Shown here one piece after another: positions 8,274 through 15,477 of a stretch of DNA of 32,000 nucleotides. A program made the translations under genes and the position numbers. Location of the stretch: contig CP065016.1 of the NCBI GenBank assembly GCA_016700375.1, forward strand, positions 660,001 to 692,000, in the 5' to 3' direction. The notes beneath the pieces were generated by a model. The model was given only the letters and a program-made list of their open reading frames with translations. It did not search any database and had not been told where the DNA came from. Position 1 is the stretch's first letter. The number at the start of each line of letters is the position of its first letter. Origin of the DNA: Candidatus Saccharimonadota bacterium. GTDB lineage: Bacteria; Patescibacteriota; Saccharimonadia; Saccharimonadales; UBA4665.

Positions 8274-8321
8274 GCATCAATGCATCAATGCATCAATGCA
8301 TCAAGATGCATCCGCATCAAA
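8274..8321. repeat. tandem octamer GCATCAAT x4 plus two degenerate units; candidate operator of the TA operon
   Basis: gcatcaat gcatcaat gcatcaat gcatcaag atgcatcc gcatcaaa lies immediately upstream of the antitoxin start. Each unit contains the ATGCAT palindrome. The last units overlap the stop of the HAD gene. Confidence 0.5.
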
Positions 8322-8909
8322 ATACTTCGCGACAGCCCGCCAATCTTTACAGTGCTCCATACCATCACGAGCATCAGCATACTCATTAGCCGAGAGGTTG
8401 CCGTACAGAATTGCTTTTATCCCGTGATCTGTCGCACTGACGCAATGTTTTAATTGGTCATCAATCACATATGCAACACGGTAGTCATTAAGCAAGCTTC
8501 CTTTCGATAGTAGATGCCTGCCTTCAACGTTAGGGTCATCCCAAAAACCTGTCAGGATTAGTTTGGAAAAGAGACCCGGAAAATGTTCGTCTAACCACCG
8601 CTGAGTTTCCTGCTCAACACGTTTACGTCTGGATGTTACTACGATCAGTTCATATTTCTCTTTAAGCTGTTTCAAAACCTCTCTACTGCCTGGGGTGACG
8701 TGGTACTGACTAACCACACCTGGTCTATGCAATATTTCTGCCCGCCGCTCTACCTCATCGACATCAACGCCCCAAAACAGATTCCATGCTTCAGTGTAAT
8801 CTTCCAGGGTGTAGCTACCGCCCCAGTACTTGTTTGTATATGCCACGACAAACTCCGCCTCCGCAGCCAGCACGTCATCGATATCAACAGCGATAATGGG
8901 TTTTTTCAC
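8301..8909 (-). CDS. HAD-superfamily hydrolase, 5'(3')-deoxyribonucleotidase-like
   Basis: Motif I VDIDDVL, motif II VVTSRR, motif IV YVIDDQ. 202 aa. Confidence 0.7.
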   Translation of the reverse strand: MKKPIIAVDIDDVLAAEAEFVVAYTNKYWGGSYTLEDYTEAWNLFWGVDVDEVERRAEILHRPGVVSQYHVTPGSREVLKQLKEKYELIVVTSRRKRVEQETQRWLDEHFPGLFSKLILTGFWDDPNVEGRHLLSKGSLLNDYRVAYVIDDQLKHCVSATDHGIKAILYGNLSANEYADARDGMEHCKDWRAVAKYFDADAS

Positions 8910-9172
8910 GCCGCTGCCTTCGCATGCCTAGGTTGCCTTCTTATTCCTCTAATCTCTTCTTCCGCTTTGCAGACAACAAATTCAGCAAGCCGTGCGTGGG
9001 AGCCAATGCGCAATACATTAGACGGTAAACTCTCTGCCTTTATTTCTTTTTCTGGGTCTTCGAATAGTACCACTTGAGAACCTGGAGCAGCAGACGCAAC
9101 TGGGCTCGCATGGCACAGCTCGTCTTCTATATATAGCCAGATTGGAAAGGGGAGACGCGACAGACTGCTTGC

Positions 9173-10242
9173 CACGAGTTTCGCACTCCCCAATTCTTTG
9201 CTAGCCTAGAAGCATGACGTCAGTCATGCTTTTTCGTAAACAAGGAAAATAAACATGTCTCGTTCAAAATGTTCTCGTGAGCTGTACTGCTCATTCCTGG
9301 AGGTCACCTCCTCACGGTATTCTGCGCTCAGCTTGAGCGAAGTAGCCCCAGACAATGCCATGCTCTCTCACGACAGCGTCTCCCGTTGGCTAGCATCTGA
9401 AAAGATACAGCCCAAAGACCTGTGGCAAGCTGCCGCTAAGGAAGTTCGCGCCACTCCTGGCATTTTGGTCTTCGATGATGTCGTCATCGACAAAAGCCGA
9501 AGCGGCAAGATGGAGCTTGTGAACTGGCAGTATGCGGGAAGTAAGCATGACATCACCAGAGGGATTGGCGTTGTAAATGCGTTGTGGCAAGTAGATACAG
9601 AACACTACATTCCTATGGACTACCGCATCTGGAACCCGCCAGAAGACGGCAAGACTAAGAATGATCACTTCCAGGATATGCTGAGTAGCACAAGACAGAG
9701 AGGGCTACGCCCGGAGATGGTTGTTGCGGATAGCTGGTACGGCTCTCTAAAAAACCTTAAGGCAGTTCGCTCTCATGGCTGGGACTGGGTCATGGGGCTG
9801 AGGAGCAACCGGTTAGTCGGTAAGCCACATATCCAGCTCAGAGAGTTAGATATACCAGATACAGGCTTGGTGACATATCTGAAAGGCTATGGGTGGATCA
9901 GAGTCTTCCGGTTTGAGGCCAGTAACGGCCGCACGGATTATGTTGGTACAAGTCGTACTGACCTCACCCGCGAACAAGTCAAGAAATACTTCGAGCGCCG
10001 TTGGAGTGTCGAGGTACTGCATCGAGAGCTCAAACAAACCTGTGGCTTATCCCGCTGTCAGGCCAATCTTGGCCGAGCCCAAAGAAACCACATTGGGTTA
10101 GCTTTGCTTACCTGGGTACGAAAACATAAGAGAAGGCTAATTGACCAAACGACGCTATACCAACAAGATTGGGAGGTCATAAAACCAGGCATCCAGCTTG
10201 CGCTGGCTGCCCGGTTGAATGGGTGAAAGTGCGAAACTCGTG
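9173..10242 (+). mobile_element. IS element, 1070 bp, IS4-superfamily (IS701-like?) with 15-bp terminal inverted repeats and a 5-bp target duplication
   Basis: IRL cacgagtttcgcact (9173-9187) is the perfect reverse complement of IRR agtgcgaaactcgtg (10228-10242). Direct repeat CTTGC occurs at 9168-9172 and 10243-10247. Confidence 0.85.
9255..10226 (+). CDS. DDE transposase
   Basis: 323 aa. VFDDVVIDK and VVADSWYG acidic motifs. C-terminal YFERRWSVEVLHRELK fits the YREK signature of IS4-type transposases. Confidence 0.85.
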   Translation: MSRSKCSRELYCSFLEVTSSRYSALSLSEVAPDNAMLSHDSVSRWLASEKIQPKDLWQAAAKEVRATPGILVFDDVVIDKSRSGKMELVNWQYAGSKHDITRGIGVVNALWQVDTEHYIPMDYRIWNPPEDGKTKNDHFQDMLSSTRQRGLRPEMVVADSWYGSLKNLKAVRSHGWDWVMGLRSNRLVGKPHIQLRELDIPDTGLVTYLKGYGWIRVFRFEASNGRTDYVGTSRTDLTREQVKKYFERRWSVEVLHRELKQTCGLSRCQANLGRAQRNHIGLALLTWVRKHKRRLIDQTTLYQQDWEVIKPGIQLALAARLNG

Positions 10243-10730
10243 CTTGCTTTGGAAATTAAGTGGGCATTTGGAAGCCTCCAGTCCTTTGCGTGCCTTACAT
10301 GACGCATAATCGGCAGATGTACTTCTTTCCAGTGCCTTGTGATTACATGGTTTTCATTCGTGCGTCCGGTCCAGATATCTTTCACGAGACGTATTCCTGA
10401 AGCAACCAGTAGCTCCTCGGCGATTCTGAATGCCTGAATAGACTGCTCTGCTCCTGGGAGAAGTGGCAGATGCGGCATTTCTTCCTCGCAAAATCTTTGC
10501 CAATGGTTACGAGCCTCTTGCATATGGGCGGGTATATCGGGGTTAAACCCAAAGAGCGATGGAATATTTTCTTTGCAACGGAAATAATCGCCACGTTCCA
10601 GCTGGAGGCCTAATACTCTATTACCGAACGACGTAACTGCACCCGCGATATCCGTCCAAACGCCATCAAGATCGCTGACAGCATAGACAACCTCAAGCCT
10701 AGGCAATATTTTTAACATACAACAGTTATA

Positions 10731-12620
10731 TCACAGTGATGTTTTACTCACGCGGGATTTGGATTCGTGAGCGACCGTTTTCAGGAACTCTCCGGCAGTA
10801 TAGCTTTTGGCTTCTTCGTTTACCACCAGATCTTTGCGAATGCGTGGCGTTAGTTCCCCGCCTCCTACTTCTTTCTCCCCGGCCACAATCACGTACGGCA
10901 CCTTCCACATCTCGGCGGTGCGAATTTTTTTGCCGACAGATTCGTTGCTGTTGTCTACGGTTACGCGTAAGCCAAGCGCCCTGCCCTGTTCGCGCAGTTT
11001 CTCTACAAACTCCACCGTTGAGGGTTCCTGGTTAACGCTCAAAATACGCACTTGTTCTGGCGCACACCACACCGGGAACCGACCAGCGGTATGTTCTATG
11101 TATATGCTTAGGAAACGCTCGTGCGAGCCCATTACTGCGCAGTGCAGCATTACTATTCGCTCCGGCTCACCAGCTTCGCCCACGCAAGTTAGGTCAAAGC
11201 CTTCGGGCTGGTTGAAATCTAGCTGGATGGTCGCTACTTGGTGCTCACGCCCCAGCGCATCTCGCCCCATGAAGTCAATTTTAGGGCCGTAAAATGCCGC
11301 CTCACCCACGCCCACATAGTACTTATCACCCACCTTTGACTTCAGAATATTCTCGAGTTGAGCGACCGTGGACCCCCACCTTTCACTCCCCCCAGCGTAT
11401 TTACTCATGTCATCGGGGTCGTGCGTGGAAAGCCGGTACGTTAGGTCATCGAAACCAACAGCCTGATAAAACGTTTCTATAATATCCCACAGCTGTTGTA
11501 CCTCTGCTTCTACCTGGCCAGTGCGACAAAACACATGCGCGTCATCTTGGGTAATGGCCCGTACGCGGCTCAAGCCACCCAGCTCACCACTCTGCTCGTC
11601 CCGGTAGACCATGGTTGATTCTCGGTAGCGAATAGGTAGGTCTCGGTAGCTGCGTGGCTGACTCGCGTAAATCTGGGTGTGGTGTGGGCAGTTCATGGGC
11701 TTCATGGCAAACTCGTGCCCCTCGCGCGTGGTAATGCGAAACAGCTCATCCTTAAACTTCGACCAGTGCCCACTGCGCTCGTAGAGATCCTTTTTGGTTA
11801 TATGCGGCACGCCCACCTGCTGGAAACCTCGTTCGTCGCGTAGCTCCTGCACAAAGGCATCAAGCTGGTTTTTTAGCGTCATACCGCGTGGCGTCCACAG
11901 GGGTAACCCCTGCCCTACTAAGTCAGAGAAGACAAACAGGTCTAGTTCGGTACCAAGTTTACGGTGGTCACGCTTTTTGGCTTCCTCCAGCATATCCAGA
12001 TACTGCCTTAGCTCCTTGGGCGTCTCAAATGCCACACCGTACACCCGTTGCATTTGCGGGTTGGTTTCTTTGCCGCGCCAGTACGCCCCGGCCACACGCA
12101 TAAGCTTGAATGCCCCAACTTTATCGGTCGATTCCACGTGCGGGCCACGGCAGAGGTCGGTAAAATCACCGTTGCGGTAAAAACTCACCTCCGTCACTGC
12201 CTGCGGAGCCGTAGAGCCCACTATGCCCGCCGGTAAACCCATGAGTGCGGCGTTTAGGTCTTTAGCGAGCGTTGTGCCCTCACGCTGTAGGTCATTAAGC
12301 AGTTCTTCTTTATACGGCTGACCATACTGCCGAGCCCATTGTAGCGCCTCTTGCACCGGCATAGTAAACTGCTCAAATGGCTGCGCCGAGCCAATTATTT
12401 CGCGCATTTTCTCCTCTATACGTGGAAAATCGTCTTCGCTGAGTTTTAACTCTGGCCCAAGGTCGATATCGTAATAAAAACCATTCTCTACCACTGGCCC
12501 CACGCCCAGCTTTACCTCTGGCCACAGGTCTTGCACCGCCGTCGCCAGAATATGCGCCAAACTATGCCTCATAGCATACAGATCGTCTTGACTATTACTC
12601 ATTTCTCTCCTTACTTTCAT
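10731..12620 (-). CDS. thrS: threonine--tRNA ligase (no N-terminal TGS domain)
   Basis: RHSLAHILATAVQDLWPEVKLGVGPVVENGFYYD (editing-domain start). Class II motifs (RDEQSGELGGLSRVR, FYGPKIDF). C-terminal anticodon-binding domain. Confidence 0.95.
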   Translation of the reverse strand: MKVRREMSNSQDDLYAMRHSLAHILATAVQDLWPEVKLGVGPVVENGFYYDIDLGPELKLSEDDFPRIEEKMREIIGSAQPFEQFTMPVQEALQWARQYGQPYKEELLNDLQREGTTLAKDLNAALMGLPAGIVGSTAPQAVTEVSFYRNGDFTDLCRGPHVESTDKVGAFKLMRVAGAYWRGKETNPQMQRVYGVAFETPKELRQYLDMLEEAKKRDHRKLGTELDLFVFSDLVGQGLPLWTPRGMTLKNQLDAFVQELRDERGFQQVGVPHITKKDLYERSGHWSKFKDELFRITTREGHEFAMKPMNCPHHTQIYASQPRSYRDLPIRYRESTMVYRDEQSGELGGLSRVRAITQDDAHVFCRTGQVEAEVQQLWDIIETFYQAVGFDDLTYRLSTHDPDDMSKYAGGSERWGSTVAQLENILKSKVGDKYYVGVGEAAFYGPKIDFMGRDALGREHQVATIQLDFNQPEGFDLTCVGEAGEPERIVMLHCAVMGSHERFLSIYIEHTAGRFPVWCAPEQVRILSVNQEPSTVEFVEKLREQGRALGLRVTVDNSNESVGKKIRTAEMWKVPYVIVAGEKEVGGGELTPRIRKDLVVNEEAKSYTAGEFLKTVAHESKSRVSKTSL

Positions 12621-12657
12621 TAATACGTTATCAACTTGCTATCGGTTAATGATCGTT

Positions 12658-13524
12658 TCACGTAATCCTCCCCTTCTCTTCGGCAATCTCTATGTCAGCC
12701 AAAATTATTTGTTTTGTCTTAAAGTAGCCGCGAATAAAAAGTACTGTGACCGTCAAAATATTGATCCATATGCCTATTGGATACGCAGTTTCGATATATT
12801 TTACAGCCAAGCATGGATTATCTGGTGCAACCACCCTTACCTTTGTGATAATCGGAAAACCATAATACTGTTTGAATTCACGCCCATAAGTCACTCCCAT
12901 ACAATCTGCGGGAGAAAGTGTCGTATCGCTACGCAATATGCGGATTGTCTCACCAGGAATATTTATTAAAAATGGCATTGCAGATTTAATATAGGGAGAT
13001 GATGGTGGACTCATGCTGGGCACTACTATGCTAATCCATACGAGACAGCCAAGTACTATATAAATCAAAAGACCAGCAATCGTGTGATTTCTTTCTGCAT
13101 ACCTTGGATTATCCCCTAGTACTCCCATGAACACACGCATAAGCAAAAACCAAACTTTTATCAACCCGACTCCTAGGCATATGCCGACAAGTATATTCGC
13201 GCCCTCACCCATCGGATACAAATATTCATAGCTAAAAGACCCGAATCTGCTGCACGCCGTGTCATCAACCATACTCGTACGAACAAATGGCCAGCCGGCA
13301 TACACTTCTTTTGGCTGGCGGTCACTTTCCGAGCACCACGTTTGCGGAGCAGGGTTTGTAATTACATCTGCATATACTTGGTTACCAAATTTTACAGGAA
13401 GCACACCGGTTTGTATGTGCAATGAAGACAGCCAAGTGCCAATAATAAGACCGATAAGAACAATAAGTACAATGTTGATTACACGCTCTGCAAGAGACTT
13501 CTTAGCTGGATTTACTTTTCCCAT
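12658..13524 (-). CDS. integral membrane protein, unknown function
   Basis: 288-aa ORF with several hydrophobic segments. It overlaps the upstream cupin gene by 13 nt, which looks like an operon. Confidence 0.5.
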   Translation of the reverse strand: MGKVNPAKKSLAERVINIVLIVLIGLIIGTWLSSLHIQTGVLPVKFGNQVYADVITNPAPQTWCSESDRQPKEVYAGWPFVRTSMVDDTACSRFGSFSYEYLYPMGEGANILVGICLGVGLIKVWFLLMRVFMGVLGDNPRYAERNHTIAGLLIYIVLGCLVWISIVVPSMSPPSSPYIKSAMPFLINIPGETIRILRSDTTLSPADCMGVTYGREFKQYYGFPIITKVRVVAPDNPCLAVKYIETAYPIGIWINILTVTVLFIRGYFKTKQIILADIEIAEEKGRIT

Positions 13525-13871
13525 ATCATATCTTCATTACCAGGATCATTTGTACGAATAACCAGAAAGGTAAGTGGCTCTGTTGCAGATAGGTTGATAA
13601 ATTCGTGCACATCCCCAGGCTCACAGAGCACTATATCGTCAGGTGATGTTGCCACCACTTGCCCATTCACTTTTATCTGACCCTCACCAGACACTATCCT
13701 GAAACACTCCGTACGTTGAACGTGATGATGTGGGCGAATAGTTTTCCCAGCAGCCAAGCGCATTAGTTGTAGTTTAGTTGCAGACCCAAAATCATCATCA
13801 TTAAAGAGGATAGCTCTTTCATATCCTTCCCGTGACTCAAATGTTGCGTTTGACAGTTTGCTAACCTTCAT
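13512..13871 (-). CDS. cupin-domain protein
   Basis: GKTIRPHHHVQRTECFRIVSGEG...CEPGDVHEF is a two-motif cupin signature. GGAGAAGG RBS precedes the ATG. Confidence 0.75.
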   Translation of the reverse strand: MKVSKLSNATFESREGYERAILFNDDDFGSATKLQLMRLAAGKTIRPHHHVQRTECFRIVSGEGQIKVNGQVVATSPDDIVLCEPGDVHEFINLSATEPLTFLVIRTNDPGNEDMIWEK

Positions 13872-13884
13872 TGGACCTTCTCCG

Positions 13885-13931
13885 AAAAATTAAAAAACAC
13901 GCTGATTAGACTTATTGTCTTCTCTAGCGTG
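13885..13931 (-). terminator. terminator-like hairpin plus T-run directly upstream of the cupin RBS (attenuator candidate)
   Basis: Minus strand reads CACGCT(13931-13926)...AGCGTG(13903-13898) followed by TTTTTTAATTTTT, then the RBS and ATG. The stem is only 6 bp and the loop is 22 nt. Confidence 0.35.
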
Positions 13932-14094
13932 CCTCGGGTCCGGTGATATCCGGAGGTTCCACCTGGGGCGTTTACTCTTGCAACTGTAGTTATCGTACTC
14001 TGTTGCCACACCGACGAAGCTCTGTGGGTGGTGAATCCACGTCATCACTTGCCTCTCACTATACCACTTCCAGCTTTGGTCGAGAAGAAACAAC

Positions 14095-14136
14095 CTGTAA
14101 ACAAAAATCGGACGCTCTCGCAAAGACGTCCGATTC
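14095..14136 (-). terminator. intrinsic terminator with no annotated upstream gene
   Basis: Minus strand reads AATCGGACG tctttgcgagag CGTCCGATT TTTGTTT, a 9-bp stem. Confidence 0.5.
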
Positions 14137-14237
14137 TTAGTGTGGTAAAACCTCTCGGCAAAACCTCACCTCAGATGCTAGTATACACACACTAGCTGCA
14201 TGATGCTAGTACTTTTTTGGACTTTTTTATATGCAGC

Positions 14238-14255
14238 TGTGGATAAGTGGATAAC
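14238..14255 (-). promoter_or_regulatory. two abutting DnaA-box-like 9-mers
   Basis: Minus strand reads GTTATCCACTTATCCACA. That is TTATCCACA (9/9) preceded by TTATCCACT (8/9). AT-rich runs lie on both sides. Confidence 0.45.
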
Positions 14256-14334
14256 CCACTTTCGCAATTTTTATATCGGCCGTGATATACCCTCAAATTC
14301 GTGAGTGTACAACTGTCATAGCATGCTGTGACGG

Positions 14335-14363
14335 TTGAATTACTCCGTCCCATCTGGTATATT
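14335..14363 (+). promoter_or_regulatory. sigma70-type promoter for tRNA-Val
   Basis: TTGAAT, 17 nt, TATATT. The tRNA starts 22 nt downstream. Confidence 0.5.
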
Positions 14364-14384
14364 TCGTATGTTCCACCCACCCTC

Positions 14385-14461
14385 GGGCGATTAGCTCATT
14401 TGGCTAGAGCGCCACATTGACGTTGTGGAGGTGGTAGGTTCGAATCCTACATCGCCCACCA
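14385..14461 (+). tRNA. tRNA-Val (anticodon GAC)
   Basis: GGGCGAT TA GCTC ATTTGGCTA GAGC G CCACA TTGACGT TGTGG AGGTG GTAGG TTCGAAT CCTAC ATCGCCC A CCA. Confidence 0.9.
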
Positions 14462-14464
14462 TAG

Positions 14465-14490
14465 AAAAACCCCTGAATAGGGGTTTTTCT
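14465..14490 (+). terminator. intrinsic terminator after tRNA-Val
   Basis: aaaaacccc tgaata ggggttttt. Confidence 0.8.
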
Positions 14491-14608
14491 ATGGTGCTGA
14501 CGAGTAGGAGAGCCCTGCATAGCGAGCGATGGTTTGGTGGAAAGGCTACTCCCGCAGGAGCTCGCTCTGGGAAGGCAGCCTTGGAAGAGACGGAGCGGCT
14601 TCTTATAC

Positions 14609-14617
14609 CGCCCACCA
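14609..14617 (+). other. duplicated tRNA-Val 3' end (CGCCCACCA)
   Basis: The 9-mer is identical to the last 9 nt of tRNA-Val and lies 148 nt downstream. It is again followed by a weak hairpin, a T-run and ATGGTGC, as after the intact gene. Confidence 0.45.
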
Positions 14618-14740
14618 AGGTATGAGGCTAACAAAAGCTGGCTTTTTTCATGGTGCAACAAACAAATTACAGACGGATGCGAACTAATGTGATATGAAGC
14701 ATTACCTCTGTTATACTGCTTATGTATACAATGTTTATGC

Positions 14741-14769
14741 TTGACTTGCAAGTCCTTGTTTGCTAGACT
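14741..14769 (+). promoter_or_regulatory. sigma70-type promoter
   Basis: TTGACT (14741-14746), 17-nt spacer, TAGACT (14764-14769). Confidence 0.5.
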
Positions 14770-14775
14770 ATACCA

Positions 14776-14959
14776 CGTTAAACGAGGTGTTTTCACTGAG
14801 TACAAAACAACCAAGCTCGCTTGCGGGCTTCCAGTTGTTTTATGAAGAACTCCCAAGCGTTAAGCGTGTTGTGCGCGTACGCCGGGTAAGGACTGCATAG
14901 GTACCGGTTCCCTTCATAGGACAATGCCCCGGTCTTCGTAAGAAGACCGGGTTTTCGTT
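14776..14959 (+). ncRNA. candidate ~185-nt RNA or leader bounded by a promoter and a strong terminator, upstream of nrdR; class unassigned
   Basis: The promoter is listed above. Internal hairpin ACAAAACAAC...GTTGTTTTAT. Terminator CCCGGTCTT cgta AAGACCGGG TTTTCGTTTT at 14928-14959. No ORF longer than 15 codons. Confidence 0.35.
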
Positions 14960-14986
14960 TTCCACTATTCATGTCATGTTTTCCAC
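14955..14986 (+). promoter_or_regulatory. 11-bp direct repeat GTTTTCCACTA x2, 21 bp apart, in front of nrdR
   Basis: Copies at 14955-14965 and 14976-14986. They lie between the terminator and the nrdR ATG (15022). Confidence 0.35.
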
Positions 14987-15021
14987 TAGTATTTTCGTAA
15001 GCGATATGTCAACATGTAGAC

Positions 15022-15432
15022 ATGGTATGTCTCTATTGTGGCGGTAAGACCGAGGTCGTGAATTCTCGGCCGCAGAAACGCATAAACCAAATATGGCGAC
15101 GGCGTAAGTGTAGTGCTTGCGGTGCCGTGTTTACGACAAACGAACGCATTGACTACTCGGCGACAATAGTCGTAAAACGTAAATCAGGCCTAGAGCCGTT
15201 TGAAAGAGATATACTGCTCGTCAGCCTCGCTACATCACTCGGACACCGCCCGACTGCCGTAGGCGACGCTGCAGCCCTAGCGACTACGGTTACACAAGCA
15301 TTGCTGACCACAGCCGAAAATGGAGTTGTAGAGGTTGCGAACATTACAGCAGAGACATACACCGTGCTCAGCCGCTTTGACGCATTGGCCGCAGCACACT
15401 ACAGGGCCTACCATACCCCTAGCTCGGCATAA
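15022..15432 (+). CDS. nrdR: transcriptional repressor NrdR
   Basis: MVCLYCGGKTEVVNSRP......RRRKCSACGAVFTTNE zinc ribbon followed by an ATP-cone-like region. Confidence 0.85.
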   Translation: MVCLYCGGKTEVVNSRPQKRINQIWRRRKCSACGAVFTTNERIDYSATIVVKRKSGLEPFERDILLVSLATSLGHRPTAVGDAAALATTVTQALLTTAENGVVEVANITAETYTVLSRFDALAAAHYRAYHTPSSA

Positions 15433-15477
15433 ACTCCGGTAGACGAACTCGCTAAGTAACCAACCCACACCGTGGAG

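Larger units (their letters stand above)
8906..10718 (-). pseudogene. HAD-superfamily hydrolase gene split by an IS insertion (fragments 10718-10243 and 9172-8906)
   Basis: The N-terminal part has DLDGV and WTGRT motifs; the C-terminal part has YIEDE. Removing 9173-10242 plus one CTTGC copy rejoins the frame exactly: ...NAHLISKAS|SLSRLPFPIWLYIEDE... Confidence 0.75.

Noticed and set aside
8274-8321. CRISPR array
   Set aside because: The units are 8 bp with no spacers, so this is a simple tandem repeat. No CRISPR-like repeat-spacer structure was seen anywhere in the window.
14553-14590. SRP RNA-like GGAAGG...CAGCC motif downstream of tRNA-Val
   Set aside because: Only a loose resemblance to the helix 8 consensus. 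The closing stem and symmetric loop cannot be formed.
14404-14856. 150-aa minus ORF, plus ORFs 14391..14618, 17694..17939, 17748..18170, 18218..18502, 20131..20394 and 20208..20495
   Set aside because: They run through tRNA genes, tRNA fragments, terminators and repeat modules. For example, MVEHLIRNEKVASSILAGGS is the usual translation of a tRNA antisense strand. No RBS or family resemblance was seen.
14842-14889. 15-codon ORF (MKNSQALSVLCAYAG) inside the candidate RNA upstream of nrdR as a leader peptide
   Set aside because: No Shine-Dalgarno sequence and no regulatory codon run. It cannot be distinguished from chance.
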